This document shows positions 38,453 to 52,747 of a stretch of 64,000 bases of DNA, piece after piece. The DNA is from Phoronis australis (taxonomy: Eukaryota > Animalia > Phoronida), in the NCBI GenBank assembly GCA_002633005.1, contig NMRA01000048.1, forward strand, positions 1,225,206 through 1,289,205. Direction: 5' to 3'. The position numbers and the translations under genes are program-made. The notes below the pieces were generated by a model that did no database searches, was not told the DNA's origin, and worked only from the letters and a program-made list of their open reading frames with translations. The stretch's first letter is position 1; every line of letters starts with the position of its first letter.

Positions 38453-40155
38453 TTGGCTGTATACTATCTGCTGTGATTTTGCCAATGTCAAAGATGGCTA
38501 CTGTCAACAGAGTTTCTGTGGAAATGGAAGCCAACAATGCTGTACTTGCAAGTGTGTGCTGTTAAACTAGTCTATGCATATTTTACCTCGGCTACTTAAA
38601 AGTTGAAGTCAAACAAAACATTCCATTGTAAATAAAGAGCAAAGAAGCAAGAGTGGAGGTGAATTTTTAATGGAGGTTGTGCTTTTATTGAACTGAATTG
38701 GCTACTTAATTGTTTCTCATGTGTAAAGTTCATGCTCCCAAACACAGTGCCATCTAGTGGTAGAGGTGATACTGTCTTATCTTGCCTATTTGCTTTTTAC
38801 GGATAGAGATTTGTGGCATATATGCATTGGATTGTCCATCTCTATTGTTCTCAGCAGAAAGTATCCACAGAACGTGCACCTACATTTTCTGCCAACAGGT
38901 GGCGAGGACCATGTATATCCCACAATTCTCTATTCGTGAAAAGTTCCATGAATCATGTACGATCGTTGCAACTGTAAATGAGCATCGTGGTTCATAATCA
39001 AAAATGGTCGTCTGCAACCAATGGTAATGATCTGGAAGACAAAAGTGTTCTGATGACTAATGCTAGTGATGAGAATCTAAAGCTATAATAATGATCATTA
39101 TAGTAATAACAATAAATAGTGATAATTATTACCCACAATTATTTCATGAGAAAGTTGAGCAGAGAAACTTGTGTAGCCAATATCTCATCTGTTAAGTGGC
39201 TGGTTGAAGCAATAACTATACTGCTGGTTGTAAAAGAGCAGACCTTGTTATAAACTAGGGATTTTAGATGAGTGATTTGTTGCTCTTCTAATTGTTTTTC
39301 TATTCAAATACACGTTAATCACACACAAGCAGAAGGACTCGTGTCACTGTTGACACTTTTGATCTGTCAATAGATGTCCATCTTCATCAGTGTGATCGAA
39401 AGAGAGTATTAATATTAAATGTTGGATTTTTGACTATTTTGAAATGTTTGTATCATCTTAAACATTGAAGAAACCTGTTGCATCTTACCCTTCTATTCTT
39501 CATTTACATGTTTGTGAAAAATGATATTGATTCAAAAATTGCAGTTGTCATTTTGATCCCATCTCTGAAAATCCTTTACCCCATGCACCTAAACAGTAAC
39601 TGTGTGGTATCTTGTTTACTGTGTAGAGTAAATATGAACCATTGTAGTCATAGGTTTCCAGTCAAAGTTGTAGCATGTGGTGACTGCAAAACTGTCAACA
39701 TGTTCATCAAGGTTTAAAATCTCATTGCGGTGGCAATATGCTCAAATTTATTTCTCACCCATGTATTGATCAATTTTTATGAAATCACACAATTCGAAAT
39801 CTAATACAAAAAACTTCAAATTCGTGTCAAGGTTTTTGTATGAGTTATTTATAACTTTATTTTTATGTATAACCAAAATTATGAGTGAATATTGTGTTGC
39901 CTACGTACCGCAATGTACTATGGCTTTATCCTTGTATTTTACATTCATTACTTGAACAAGGCCATAAGATGTTTTTAGAACATTTTTTGGAAATATTAAG
40001 AAAAATGGGCTTTTTTGAAATCGAGCATTTTTAAAGAATGAATGACTCAAGCTTTTGTTTGTTTTTTCTCAAGTTTTAAGTCATATTTAACATGCTGTAA
40101 AATGAAATTTTACTCATTATAAAGAGGAATGTGGAAAAACTCTTCGTCTTTCATC

Positions 40156-40242
40156 CTCCTCCCTTGTCAGACTGCTATCTGTCCCTCCTCTCTTGTCAGA
40201 CTGCTATCTGTCCCTCCTCCCTTGTCAGACTGCTATCTGTCC
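40156..40242. repeat. 29-bp tandem repeat, 3 copies
   Basis: CTCCTC(C/T)CTTGTCAGACTGCTATCTGTCC three times. Confidence 0.9.
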
Positions 40243-41559
40243 AGGCTCTGTTCATCGCAAGTTGCAACATCTCATGTTTTTTTTGTCTTCTTCAATCTTT
40301 TTTACCACCGTCCTGATTGTCCGTGCCAGCGCCAGTAAAACTGGCAGAGTGCCAATCAGTAGTGGTGGTTTTAATTGTGTTCAGAATTGCAGACGACAAT
40401 GAGCTTGTGTTGATAGACTTCCTCTTTTCCTCCAGCAGATGATGTGATTCTCCCTCTGCTTGTGTACTTGTTAAATTAGCCTTTATTGAACATGATCTAC
40501 GAAGCTGATGATCTATTTTAGATATTTCTAACTTTTGTTTTTATAACATTTCTGTTCATTCCTGACCTGTCACGTTCATGTGAACAGGTTTTAGACTCTC
40601 CTGTGATGTGACGAGAAGTCATAAATCTGCCACACTCTACACAATGCAGCTCACCTCTACTTGGTTAGATTGCCACCTATTCCCAATTTAGGCAGGACGA
40701 GGTCGAGGCATGTCTCAATTTGGTTAACCTGTATATCCATATGGACCATTGCTGTTGTAGGAACGAGCCCACTCATTAATTGAATATAAATACCGGACTC
40801 TGGAATGGACATATAGGCCATTTTAAATGGCCTTTTTATTATGCAGTAATTCTTCACCTATTTAAAACACAATATGGATGACAAGTGAAATTTTATCAAA
40901 TTTCTCCACAAAAATAGAGATTATGAATTTTTAGTTTTAGTTTCATTAAAAAATAATGAAAGAAGAGCATACACAACTATTTATGATGTGTGCTACTCAC
41001 AACCTTTTCTATCAGCTCTTCGTTTAATTAAAAAATCAATTCATTTGGCTAATATTTTATAGAAAGTCAATGAGTTAGTTGACAAAACTAAGATGTGCAC
41101 GTCTCAAAGTTAGCACTTTAGTTTAATTGTTAACAATATTACAGATTTAGTTGAGTTGATTACTCGCTATTCAACCAAGTCATGGACCAGTCAAGCAACA
41201 TGTTCAAGACTCAACTTTTGAATTTGCTACTGACTGTTGTTTACCACATGCCCACTGCATTCGGCAGTTAATCTCTGCAGTAGAGATGAGCTACATTGGG
41301 AAGGGTTTGGGGGTTTTTAGGGAAATAATTAAAAGTGCCCCAATACCTCTAGTTGATTGGGATGGCTTTAAATCTTTATTGCTTGTTTTGTTTGTTAATC
41401 AACCATTGAATCTCTTCTTAGATCACAGTTATTAGTCCTAAAAGTGTTTATTCGGCATGTAAATGGTTGGTAACAAGAGCAGTCTTGTTTTGAAAGTTGT
41501 CTCATGGTAAAGTGTTTGGACAAGAAGAGCAATGTGATGTGGTGATGGGCTAGTGAGTT

Positions 41560-41647
41560 GGCAATAGTTGGATGTATATTCAGTGGATAAAACTGGTTCT
41601 CAAGGCAATAGTCGGATATATATTCAGTGGATAAAACTGGTTCTCAA
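41560..41647. repeat. 44-bp tandem duplication
   Basis: GGCAATAGT.GGAT.TATATTCAGTGGATAAAACTGGTTCTCAA twice. Confidence 0.9.
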
Positions 41648-44112
41648 AATTCGGGAACCTTATATCTGGTCATTACCAGTGAGTTGCCATTGTGGCCAGA
41701 GGGTGTGTGAATCCTATGAACTGTGAACAGGCTGTAAGCAGCTTTGTAAGTAGGGCTTGTAAGGGTGTTCTTCACCTAGTCATCCAATATTTACACTGTT
41801 TTTATTCTTCCATGCCCAGTCACACACCCAGCAAAGGCAGTTGTCCAGTGCTCAAGTGTCAATTGGCCCTCACACAATTACATCTCAAGCACCATTGTAA
41901 CACGTATGGGCCAAGGGTCTAATCTTTGCACTCCAAATCAAACTCAAAATTCCATTCTAATTTAATGCCAACACTAGATAAGTAATGTATTATGCTGTAG
42001 TGCATTATTTTATAGTTTAAGCAAGTGATTGTATTGTCCTTGTCCACACTCGATCACTGCTGGATTTGAGCTACAAACCCGAGTAAAAGCTTGATTTTTC
42101 GAGTTCAGACTTGAACTTGTAGCTTTAATGCTGGGATCATCGAGTGCAAACCAGGATTAAGTTCTCATCCGCATAGACCATAATGTACTCATCAAGCACA
42201 TAAGAAAATCACTTATTTTGAGTTCTCATTATAATAGTTTCAAATCCCTTGCTCTGTCCTGCTAAATTTATGAATATTCTGAGATTTGGCCAAGTGGTGT
42301 GTAGGTAATGACTGTGGTGCTTGTTATCTTGCTACTGGTGGTGTTAGCTGTCCTCCATCTCATATGAATATGCAAATAATTACCATGACAACCTTCTGCT
42401 TCTGTGGATTGTAAGTTGATTGAATCAGGGTCGAAATATTAAAACATTCCGTGAGCTCTCTACTGACTTAGTCATATTAAATGTAGATGTTATATCTGGC
42501 ATTGAACTGAAACTTGGCTTGTCATTCATATGCAATAATATTACCTTTGACGATGACCATATAAGGGCAGATGTATATGGCAGGTCTGTGTTCATTTGTT
42601 CTGCTGAAAGAAAGGGCTGGTCCCCATTTCTGCTACTGACCAATGATGTGACTGATTGAAGTACCAACATTTAATTGGGCAAGTTTAGTTGAAGAGTGAC
42701 TGTGATATAGCAGTGGATGACCTATTTAACACTTGTTAATTTTTATTTTATTTTGGAGGCTCTTATTTGCTAATCAAATACGTTCCAGTATTGTGTGTGC
42801 TTTTTGTAGTTGAGAACATCAGCTCTTGTTAGCTTAGCCTGAAGTCAACAAATTGCTAATAATATTTAGTGCAGTCTGGAGATTTTGTGTTGCAAAACGT
42901 CAAGCTAATATTTTACTGGTGGATTTTCTTTTGATATACCTGGAAAAACTGTTTGTTACAAGAAGTACTTTGAAGTGATTGGAATTTATAATGTTAATTA
43001 GTCATTTCTTGTTTCTCAAGTTGGAGTTCTGTGACTGTGTTTCATTCAATCTTAATTTACAATACTAGGCAATACTCTAGTACAAATAATCCATTCGGCC
43101 AATACCCTACTAAAATTCATTGGGACCTGTGTACACCCTTGCCTGTAGTATTAAGGTATCTTAAAAGGTGAAGGTATTTATCTTAGATCAGGTGTCACCT
43201 TGCGTGTTGTTTGTTTTGGGGAAATTGTACTTGCTGTTAAATGATTGAAAGTGATTCATGAAAAATGTTTGTCAAAATGATACAATTTACAATAAAATGT
43301 TTTTAAAGTGTTCATGTTTTCTGTTTTACCTGGGATTCACGAAACTACACATATCTATTCCAGTGTGTGTCTCAAATTCAACTGTTTCAGTAGTATTCTT
43401 TCACGGAGGTGTGATTGGCCTAAGTATTCATACAATTTTACCATCGACACTTCTGAGTGTCTTTTCTCCCAGTGGGCATTCCACCGTGTGTGCAACAGCA
43501 GGACTTTATAAATATCAGAATGGCGTAAACTAGTGATGAGCACAGCAGGTTAAAGGTGGCACTGAATAGTTAGGCTGCGGCGGTGGCCGACTTCAACTCC
43601 CAAAATAAAATTTAGTGGTAAGCCAGGCTTGGGGGCAGTTTTTAGATAGGTGTTGCAAGTAAGCGCAGTGAATGTGGCTTGTATGTATTGGAGAACGTGT
43701 TGAGAATGAGAAAATAATACTTGCTGTAGCTGCATTCTTCTACAAGATGGAGTTCCGCTGTTGCATTTGTGCACTTATGGGTAGCGACTGAGACATCGGC
43801 TGCAATTTCAGGTAGCCCTCAAACAAGGCAGAATTGCAAAAAAGTAGTTGGTTGACAGTACTCTTTGACAACATTTTTGGAATCTGTAGAAAATTTGCTT
43901 TAAGAATCTAATGTTGGCTTAAATTGTGCATCAGCAAGGAAGTGGTGGTTCTGGGGTGATAAGTGCTGATTTTGTGTTTTTGCCCCTTTTTTAGCCTACA
44001 TTGCTTTTCAGTGGGAGTGAAAGGGTAAAAAACATAAGGGAGAATAAAGTTTCTGTGCTCATCTGTAGGGCTTGTGGCGCGAAATGACTCAAAACTTTTC
44101 ATTCTTTGCCTA

Positions 44113-46569
44113 CCGTAATCGTTCGGGTTAACGCCCATGCTCAGTTAACCGCCCATCCCCGACTTTAAGTGGATTTTCGATTTAACCGCCCACTGTTCGG
44201 TTAACCGCCCACTGCTCGGTTAACCGCCCCCCTGCGATTTTTGAAGATTTCCAGTTAAGCGCCCACCTCTCGGTTAAGCGCCCATCCCCGACTTTTAAGG
44301 AATGAAGATTTGGCGCCTAGTGCTAAGAAAACGCGCGATTCCCTGACTTTTAGAAAAAGATCGATGATCACAATGAGTGCAACGACGCCGGGACTCCGAG
44401 ACGGTGGTTTAGCAATCTGAATTACAATACAGGTAACGAGTTATTGTCTTGGGTCATGAACTCACTTCAAAATATAATACTTGAACCTTTTTGTCACTTT
44501 ATTTTCTTCCCTTGTTTGCAAAGTTTAAGAACGCCGCCGGCGTCAAAACCTCCGCTTTCAGCGACTTTGTCTGCCGCGCTGAGTTTCCGTCTGCAGTGCA
44601 CTAGATAAAACATATATTCGAAAAAATCAGGCCAGAGAAATGTGACAATGGTTTTGACAACCCTCCAAATTCTATTAAGGTGGGAAGCTCTCGTATTTTG
44701 AACAAATCTCACAACTCACGGAAAGATGTCAAATTCTCAATATTTTGATGAATATAACTGCCGGGTTATAGAGTATGTGGGTGACCGAAGGGACAGTACA
44801 AGTTCCTTACTGGGTTACCGATTTCGTTGCTGCCTGTCGATTTCTGAATTCAAACGTTGGCAATAATGTATGTTTGTGTATGATCTTGAAGTAATAAAAA
44901 ACGGCTAGTCAAATTTTGTTTTTAGCTTATTGCATCTCAGTCAAACTGGTTAGCAGATTTAACTCAAAAAGTCGCTGGCTGTTCTTTACTCAGGCTATTT
45001 TGGCGTCAGCCTGCACGTAAGCGTGACTGTGTGAACTATCGTTTCCACATCCCCTTTTTAGCCATCCAGAATAATTTTGTTTATACATTGGCCATTTTCA
45101 GCCTGAACAAGTACCATTCGAGTCTGAAATATCTACGACGTAGACTGCTTGACGATAGTGGGTAGGAGATTCACACAGCTAGTTACAGGAATGGGCTTAG
45201 GGAGCATCGAGCCGGGAAATATGGCAATAGACTTGACATCGCAGTTTTGGGGAACATTGGCAACGGAGGAATATCGTAAAGAACCGGGTCTTTCGTAACA
45301 ACAGCTAAATGAAAGCACATAGTCACGACCGTTTTTGTTACTTCGGACTGTCGCTATGTGTGACTGATTTGTAGTGGTGCACGTGCGCAAGTTCCCACAC
45401 TTTGGAGTGCATGTTACCTTGACACCAACATGTGATTGACAGGTGACTCACACGTAGGCCCTACGTGCGTGCTGAATACCGCCACTATCTTTGGCCATAA
45501 AAAAACGAGATGCATATTGAAGGAGGCCGTTATATTACTTGACGCCATTTCCAAGTCACGATTGTCAGCCGATTGAGACATTGCGCGATAACAGCGGGGA
45601 CCGAACAGTGCCGCTGTGCGATATTACAAGTGATATAAATAGGATAATCTGGACATCTTGCATGAAAAATAAATGTTTTTCCACCACGAAGTTTGGTAAG
45701 GTGATCGTTTAGAATAATGAATTGAAACATTGATGTTTTCTGACATTTTCTAACATATTTATTCAGTTGCTTGAAATTTTATTCTTGATCGACGACTGGC
45801 TCGACCACCCCCGATCCTTGTCTTACTTCTTTGCATATTAGCATGTTTGGCGCAACGGCAAGAGAGCAATGCCGGGCTGTCGAGATAAGACAGCTAGCCG
45901 CAGAACTATACGCTGAAAATGTCATTGAGTCACGGAGTGTCAACTATAACATCCCAAACACAAAAAAACAACAGAGTTAAGTTTTTCAAACTTTTATTAC
46001 AACCAATTTTAAAACTGCTGTCTGAGTCAGAACTTGACAGCTACATACAGTACGAGACTGTAACCATAAATTTGATGTCTGACCTCTGCACCACGTGAAG
46101 CTTGCACGCGCGCACTTAAGCAGGGTCACATCATGAGACAGTTTTTATTCTAGTGGAGGCTGTGAGGTCACTGGTCGTCTGCGCACCGCAGGACGGCACG
46201 GGGCTTTTACTCAGCAATTTTGTAAATTTAATAGTGAATGACTAAACTGAGGGCAAGAGAACCTTTGTTGGGATCGTCCGCTGTTATGATGTTTTCACAG
46301 TCATTTGGCGACGTGACGATAAAGCTCTTTGAAAAGGGCTACGCGTTCCGAGTATGATTGTCGTGTCGGGATTTAGATCGCCAGGTAAGATTAACCGCCC
46401 AGGGCGGTTGTCTGTCGTAATAAGCGCCCATGTTCGGTTAACCGCCCATCCCCTACTTTAGGTGGATTTTCGATTTAACCGCCCCCGGCACTGCTCGATT
46501 AACCGCCCTCCCCCGATTTTTTGAAGTCGCCAATTTAACCGCCCAGGGCGTTAACCCGAACGATTACGG
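44113..46569 (+). mobile_element. Family A DNA transposon, copy 2 (longer)
   Basis: TA-CCGTAATCGTTCGGGTTAACGCCC ... GGGCGTTAACCCGAACGATTACGG-TA; colinear with 892-2667 plus ~650 bp of extra internal sequence (~44655-45308). Confidence 0.92.
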
Positions 46570-49242
46570 TAATTTCGACAGAGTGAAGAAAGGGTGAAGA
46601 GTCACTGACGTGTGTTCTGATAAGCAAATTCCATTGAGAACTGTTCTGTGCTCCCTTAGCACAGGAATGGGACAAGTGCCCTGCGAATGCACAGCATTGT
46701 GGGTAAAACTGTTGTAGAGTTGGTGGCGCGTGTGTATTTCGGGATGTGGCTATTGGTTGCTCTTTCGTTATTATGCTCTACATCATTTATGTAGTACTGT
46801 ATTTTCTTGGTTGAGTCATTATGTGTACAAGCAAGGTCAATCTATTGAGTGACAACGCAATGAAAAGCGACCTGGTCATTTTTTAATGTTGAAAAAATAC
46901 CCCCCCCCGGCGGTCGTTTTTTTAAGCACCTTAAACTAAACGATTTAATATGAATGTCATAGAAAAATCATACATGATGATGGGTGTGACAAGTGACAAT
47001 TTAAACTGAGTGTCAAGGACACTAAAGTAACGATACATCGGCTTGCGTGGCAATATGACCAACGCTAAAAATTATTACCTTTCGCTTTCAAGCCTCATGG
47101 AGGAGGGTTGACGAAGGGGCTTGTACCGTTACGGTGTCGAAACGTCCACTGAGATTGCGCCCTGGGGTACTTCAGAGTAAACTACATACGGGTATTTCTG
47201 TTGATTTGTGAGACAACTGGAGAGATCACGTGATGAGAGAGAAGAGGGCGCCTTCTTTCGGCCCGTATCTTTTGGTTGGGATATGTGGTGCGTTTGCGTG
47301 CTCACTCCTGCTCAGTCAGACATCTTCACCCGCAGTGACTTACTAAAGCGGAACGCCACAGACTTTCATTCTCGTGTCCCTTACCGGGAAGCATATCGAA
47401 ACATCTTCTGAAGCTTTGCTGCAGTAGGTGGTTATACACCCACCTCAACCCATTTTGACGAGTTTTCAACAGCAGTGGGTGCAGCGTGCACACGCTCAAA
47501 ATTTCTCCCCCTGATCAAATAGTCAAACCTCATAAAAAATGACCCTAGTAATTTTTGCCCTTGTTTAAATCGGCTTGTTTATCGCGACTCTGAATAGAAT
47601 AATACACAGTTATCATCACGTACGCTGTATAACGTACACAGTAGCCCCAGCTATATTTCTTGGGAAGTCAGAGGAAACCATAGTACTTGGTTGGCACACA
47701 AATCCTGCAAACACGTGAAAGACTTTATTTCACCATTATAATACTGAGTAAAATTAACCATGGCAGCAACCAACAAACAAACAGAACAACTGTGAGAAAT
47801 TAGAATGCACGAAGAGTATCTCGAGCTTTAGCAAGTAAACACCTCTAAAACAGCAAAACAAATGCAGCTCATCTTGACTTTTCAAAAATGGCGACTTTAG
47901 TCCAGTCTACTTGAAGTACATGAATGTGGCGTGCTTTCTTGTCGGAAATTTTCTTCTAAGGTACCAACAACCTGATAGCATTAGCAATGGCTGATGTTGT
48001 TACACGCTTTCAGTGATAGATTTTTATTTAGATCAAATGTCCGCACTATAATGATCACGTGGTACAGATGCGAAATGGGAGCTGAGTCGCTTACGTTCAA
48101 AGCCTAAGAAACGTCCCGATAGTAAACTCTTTCCGCGTGCGGCGAATTTCCGCGCCGAAGAAATTTAAGTGCAAATTCCAAGAGCAAATTACTTTGGAGT
48201 ATGTATAATTGAGGCAGCAAGTGTCGAAATGTGACTTACTTGAACAGACCGGCTAGTATTCAACATGGTGCTTTTTTAGCGTTTCGTTGGTTTAAAGAGG
48301 ACTGGAACGCGCAAAGTCGTAAATATACCTTTAAATAATACTTGGTCAATCTATTTCTGGGGGATGCTAACGTGAGTGTAATTCACTTTGAATATGCAAA
48401 AATTTCACTATTTTTTTGAAACACCGAGTCATGGACGAAATATAAATGCTTTGACATCAAAAGAAAACCAAAATCTTTACGAGCAAACCGTAAAAAATAC
48501 CTGATGAACAGTTTGATTTCTGTTTCAGTACAGGAGAAACATTTTGAATAATGCAATTAGTCTGTTTTTGCGTTCTAAGCCACTTTGAAACATTTCAATG
48601 AAACTGAAACGTGTCGAATCGTAAGTATGATCCTACGATACGTTTCATGATACCGCTTTTAAAACGTTTCACTAAAAATCTGGTTTCTACAACTCAGTAA
48701 GTAACAAATAATAGACATCACTTCATTTACCCCCTAATTTTCCAAAGAAATTCACCACCTTTTCGATGTGGCGTGAAGGATGTTTCGCTCGTGCTGTTTA
48801 CAATTATTCATATCGACTAGACCATATTAGCACAACCACGCGTTCTGCAAAGGATAAAGTGCTTGATACTGCAACCCTTGCTTTTTCAAATTATTTTGAT
48901 TCGGTTATTATCGATATATAACTCTGGCATCCTATTTTATTAAAAATTGTCTACATCTTAGGGTGAATCAGAAAATTTGAATAAGGCAAGCACTTTTTGT
49001 TCTGCAATGACATGTTTCTTTCACCAACATCGAAACTGCCCAGAAAACCTGAGACACACTTAGCAACGTTTTTTTTGCCACCGGCATGCAAAAGGCACGT
49101 GCAGATGAGTCACCAGACTACGAGTGAAACTGTCTACAAGACACACGCTAGTGAGACTATGAAGCAATATAAGAGCGTACCTGAATCGGATGGAATTGAT
49201 TGTACTGTACTCCACAAATACCTATTACGCCATTTAACACGA

Positions 49243-49715
49243 TTATAGATACTTTTGGCAGGATTTGCAGCACATAAGTTTGAAAAGATTAACTTTGCAG
49301 TTTCTAGCACTGGCGCCTGCCTTGCAAAAGAACGAACGGTCTCCCAGGCAACGCCTTCGGAAATATGATCTTATGGGCGACGGTGCACGCGCCGGCGTTG
49401 ATGTGCTCGAGTAAGATTCCATCGCTTCCGTCGTAGTACGCGGTGGTGGGATTGGTGTCAATGGGACTGCTTCCTTCTGTGGGTTTGTAGTGGCAGAGGT
49501 AGGGGTAGCCGTAGTCACAGTCGGAGGTGTAGTAGTGCTAGTAGCGATGGCGGATGTTGTAGTCGCAGTGGTAGCAGCAGCAGCAGTAGTAGTAGTGGTG
49601 GTGGTAGGAGGAGGAATAGTCGAAGTCACAACAGTAGTGGTACTAGGGATGGGAGTGATGGTTGTGGCGATGGTAGTAGTAGCAGTAGTAGTAGTAGTAG
49701 TAGCAGAAGTAGTCT
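49243..49715 (-). CDS. ADAMTS2/3/14-like protease, terminal exon (Thr-rich linker plus PLAC domain)
   Basis: ttttag| acceptor, phase 1; poly-Thr/Pro linker; CLGDRSFFC..RNC..LMCCKSCQK is a PLAC domain resembling that of procollagen N-proteinases; TAA stop. Confidence 0.88.
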
Positions 49716-50716
49716 CTAAAATTAAATGATAATGGGCCGTGTTACCACTGATGATCTCATAGGCCTAATTATGAAGCCAGCACCTCTTGTTAAACGGAAC
49801 AAGGTTGCCGAAATTAGTTCCCACACGTGCTGGTTGCCGTGTGATAGATTTAGTGAACCAAATTTTCGAAGACATATACCATGTTCCCATCTTCACTTTT
49901 GTTACAAAATATATTTAGATTATAAAAGAGCCCACATCTGCTCTGTTCACAGACATTCGATTGCGGTACCAAATTATGTAAGACTGTTTTTCTTTATTAC
50001 ATCGCTTAGGAATGCACAAAGACCATCCTCATTCAGTAAATGTAGTCCATGCATGACCCTTGATCCTATGTCATATCCAAATTAGTTCCATTCAAATGCA
50101 CCCCGTAGCCGAAGGTGGACTTTAGACGAGTGGTGCTGTTGTCGTGCCTGTGGACAATCTTTTTTGTAAGACCCTCGAAAAATGTCCAAATCTGGTTAAT
50201 CTCGGAACATCGTATTTCAGAAATGACTGAAACTGTCACCTGTCATGCTTGATGCGATGATCCCCAAGACGCTATTAGGAATTATTTTAAAAATTTCCAC
50301 TTTTACAATAAGATTCTATGATTTTTAGGAAAAAATCAAAAACTTACATAAAAAGAAAACGCAACAGCGTCTTTGAGTTTTCATCTTGAACACTTACATG
50401 AAATGAAATACGATAGCGTTGTTTTGTTGCGGACGTACAGCTCTTTTTTGCTAAATTTTACATGGTCACGTGACCTAATTAACAACAGATTGGTGTAAAG
50501 CCAAACATCAAATTCTATAGGCTACTTACTTTCAGAAAATATACTGGCTTTTGTAGATATTTGCCGCCTACATGCACACACTTGTCGATAAGGTGCTAAA
50601 CAACCTTAAGCGAAAGGCGCACTAGAATCAGATCAAACAAGCTAACCCAGGCTATTCCATGTGAAAAGCAAACACGTTTCTATTTTCATCAGAGTTCCGT
50701 TGACAATTAATCTTAC

Positions 50717-50849
50717 CTTGACACGGGAGCGAATCGCATACTTTCGAGTCTGATGGCTTATCACCTGAACATTCATAGTTATTGCCGTCTGGTGGAATGT
50801 CGCATACGAGCCGACGCACTTGAACACCATGGCCGCAAGTCACGGAACA
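50717..50849 (-). CDS. ADAMTS2/3/14-like exon (TSP1 repeat)
   Basis: CSVTCGHGVQVRRLVC..C.GDKP..C...PC; ggcag| acceptor and G|gtaaga donor; 133 nt. Confidence 0.92.
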
Positions 50850-51602
50850 CTGCCGAGAAAGAACAAACCTCTAACATAACACTTCCCGCATTTTTAAGGT
50901 AACATTTTAATGGCGTTTACTGTTCTATGTACTCTGTGCCATCGTCATTAATAGTTTTAAATACAACGGTGACAGTGAAAAAATCCTTTTCAATAACCGT
51001 AACAGTTTTAACTATTAACAGCCAAGATAATAATTTTGCAAGGCAACCACAATGGTTTCGGTGGCAGAGTTTTTTGTGTGGTTTCTTTTCCACCATTTTC
51101 TCTTGAGCAGTAATATGAACGCAAAACGCATTGATACGGAATATATTTCAAATTTGAGTATACAAATCAACAACATGTAGCAGGCGTATTATTACATTTT
51201 ACTGCACACCATCACATTTTTAAGACACTTACAATTTACAGTCGCTATCAACCATGTTCTTAGGTAAAAAAACAACACTTCCTTGACTGATGAATTTGCT
51301 CCACCAAAGCAACGTCAAGTGTCCTTATGCTTCGATTTAGCGATTAAAATAAAATACCTCTGGCCCATGACAGCATTACTGGCTCGGCGGCTGAATATAA
51401 CCCGCCGGGGCAACTAATTCGGTGGTGTGAAGCAGTATCGAACCTCCGTTTCTTCTAAAGCCTAGAGCCATTCATGATTTGAATAAGATAATAAAGAACA
51501 AGATGAGAACGATTTTATAAAAGTTAAGTTTGTGACTCGAAAGTTGTTCTTCTCATAAAAGGCGTGACTTATTGTAAGTTATTTAAACATCAAAATCCTT
51601 AC

Positions 51603-51813
51603 CGACGACCATTGCCCGATCAACCATTTGGCTCTGCAAGGTATTCTGTTGCAGTCCCTCAGTGTGGAGGGCCTTATTTTGTCATCGCAGAATTTGTCGT
51701 ATACTTGCGTTTGTATTTTGTTTGGTTCGACTCTGACACAAACGACGGTGCGCGCCTGAATACCACGTGATCCACATTTCTTGCTGCACCGTCCGAAAAT
51801 ACCCGTGAGCCAT
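51603..51813 (-). CDS. ADAMTS2/3/14-like exon (TSP1 repeat)
   Basis: Manual translation WLTGIFGRCSKKCGSRGIQARTVVC..VYDKFC..RP..RDCNRIPCRAKWLIGQWSS; cgcag| acceptor and |gtaagg donor; 211 nt. Confidence 0.92.
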
Positions 51814-52113
51814 CTGCGATTTTGTAAAAGAAATGGAACGATATGGTTATAAGTTTCGCCTAATTTTGTTTTCCAGCAATAAAATAGTAGTTACAATTTT
51901 GCCATTGTTTCTGGAGTACTGAAACACATTGATAGTCATGACGTCATGACGCATTTCTGGAAATTGTAAAAGTGGGAAACCTATCAAGACAGCAAAATTT
52001 CTGACGCTATTTAATGATTTGCAGTGAATGTGTTGGAATACACATGCAAAGTAATACTTTACGACCAAGAAATGCTCATACAGTTGTTGAAATTAGTTGA
52101 AATGCGACTAGGA

Positions 52114-52416
52114 CCAGTGGCGGAATTAGGGGGGGGGGGGGGGGGNGGCAAGAGGGCCCCCCATAAAATTCTACTAGATACTATTTGGGAGTTTGCGTGT
52201 GAATTGCTGAATAGCACTTGCGCGCAACCAGGGGGTGAATAAACGATACATAGGCCCTGAACAAACCCGTTAACCCTTTTTTAGTCAACAGGTACGTAAA
52301 CCCTAAAATTAGAGGCCCTGCACCCCCACATGTGAGGCTGGGCGCGCGCATCTGCCGAAATTCTGGTTATTCCTGTGCCCTGGCCCCCCTAGCTCAAAAT
52401 CCTGAATCCGCCCCTA
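52114..52416 (+). mobile_element. MITE-like repeat in an ADAMTS intron
   Basis: CAGTGGCGGAATTAG ... CTGAATCCGCCCCT form imperfect TIRs; same family as 9425-9705. Confidence 0.7.
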
Positions 52417-52614
52417 AGGAATATTTGTTCCACAAGATGGTTACATGTTACGAAACCCTATAACTCTGAGCGTTCTTGTCTAGCATGCGCTGACCAGAAA
52501 CATCGTCTGAGTGCAGACAAGCTAATGAAGTTCAAGTGAACTTTCCGGATGTAACAAACACCTAGACAGCTGTGAAGAAATAGATCACAGTGACGATATA
52601 CTATTTAGTCATAC

Positions 52615-52747
52615 CTGTAGTAAGGACACGCGATTGTACTGCACCTCCTCGTCTCTGATCGAGGACTCTTGGAGTCTTTGCACATGTTGCCTTCAACGAC
52701 ATCTTCCGTTAGCTTATCTCGGCATACAAATTCCATAGTCTGCTCTC
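52615..52747 (-). CDS. ADAMTS2/3/14-like exon (second half of a TSP1 repeat)
   Basis: GEQTMEFVCRDKLTEDVVEGNMCKDSKSPRSETRRCSTIACPYYR; tctag| acceptor and AG|gtatga donor; phases join the next exon; upstream exons not found in the window. Confidence 0.88.
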
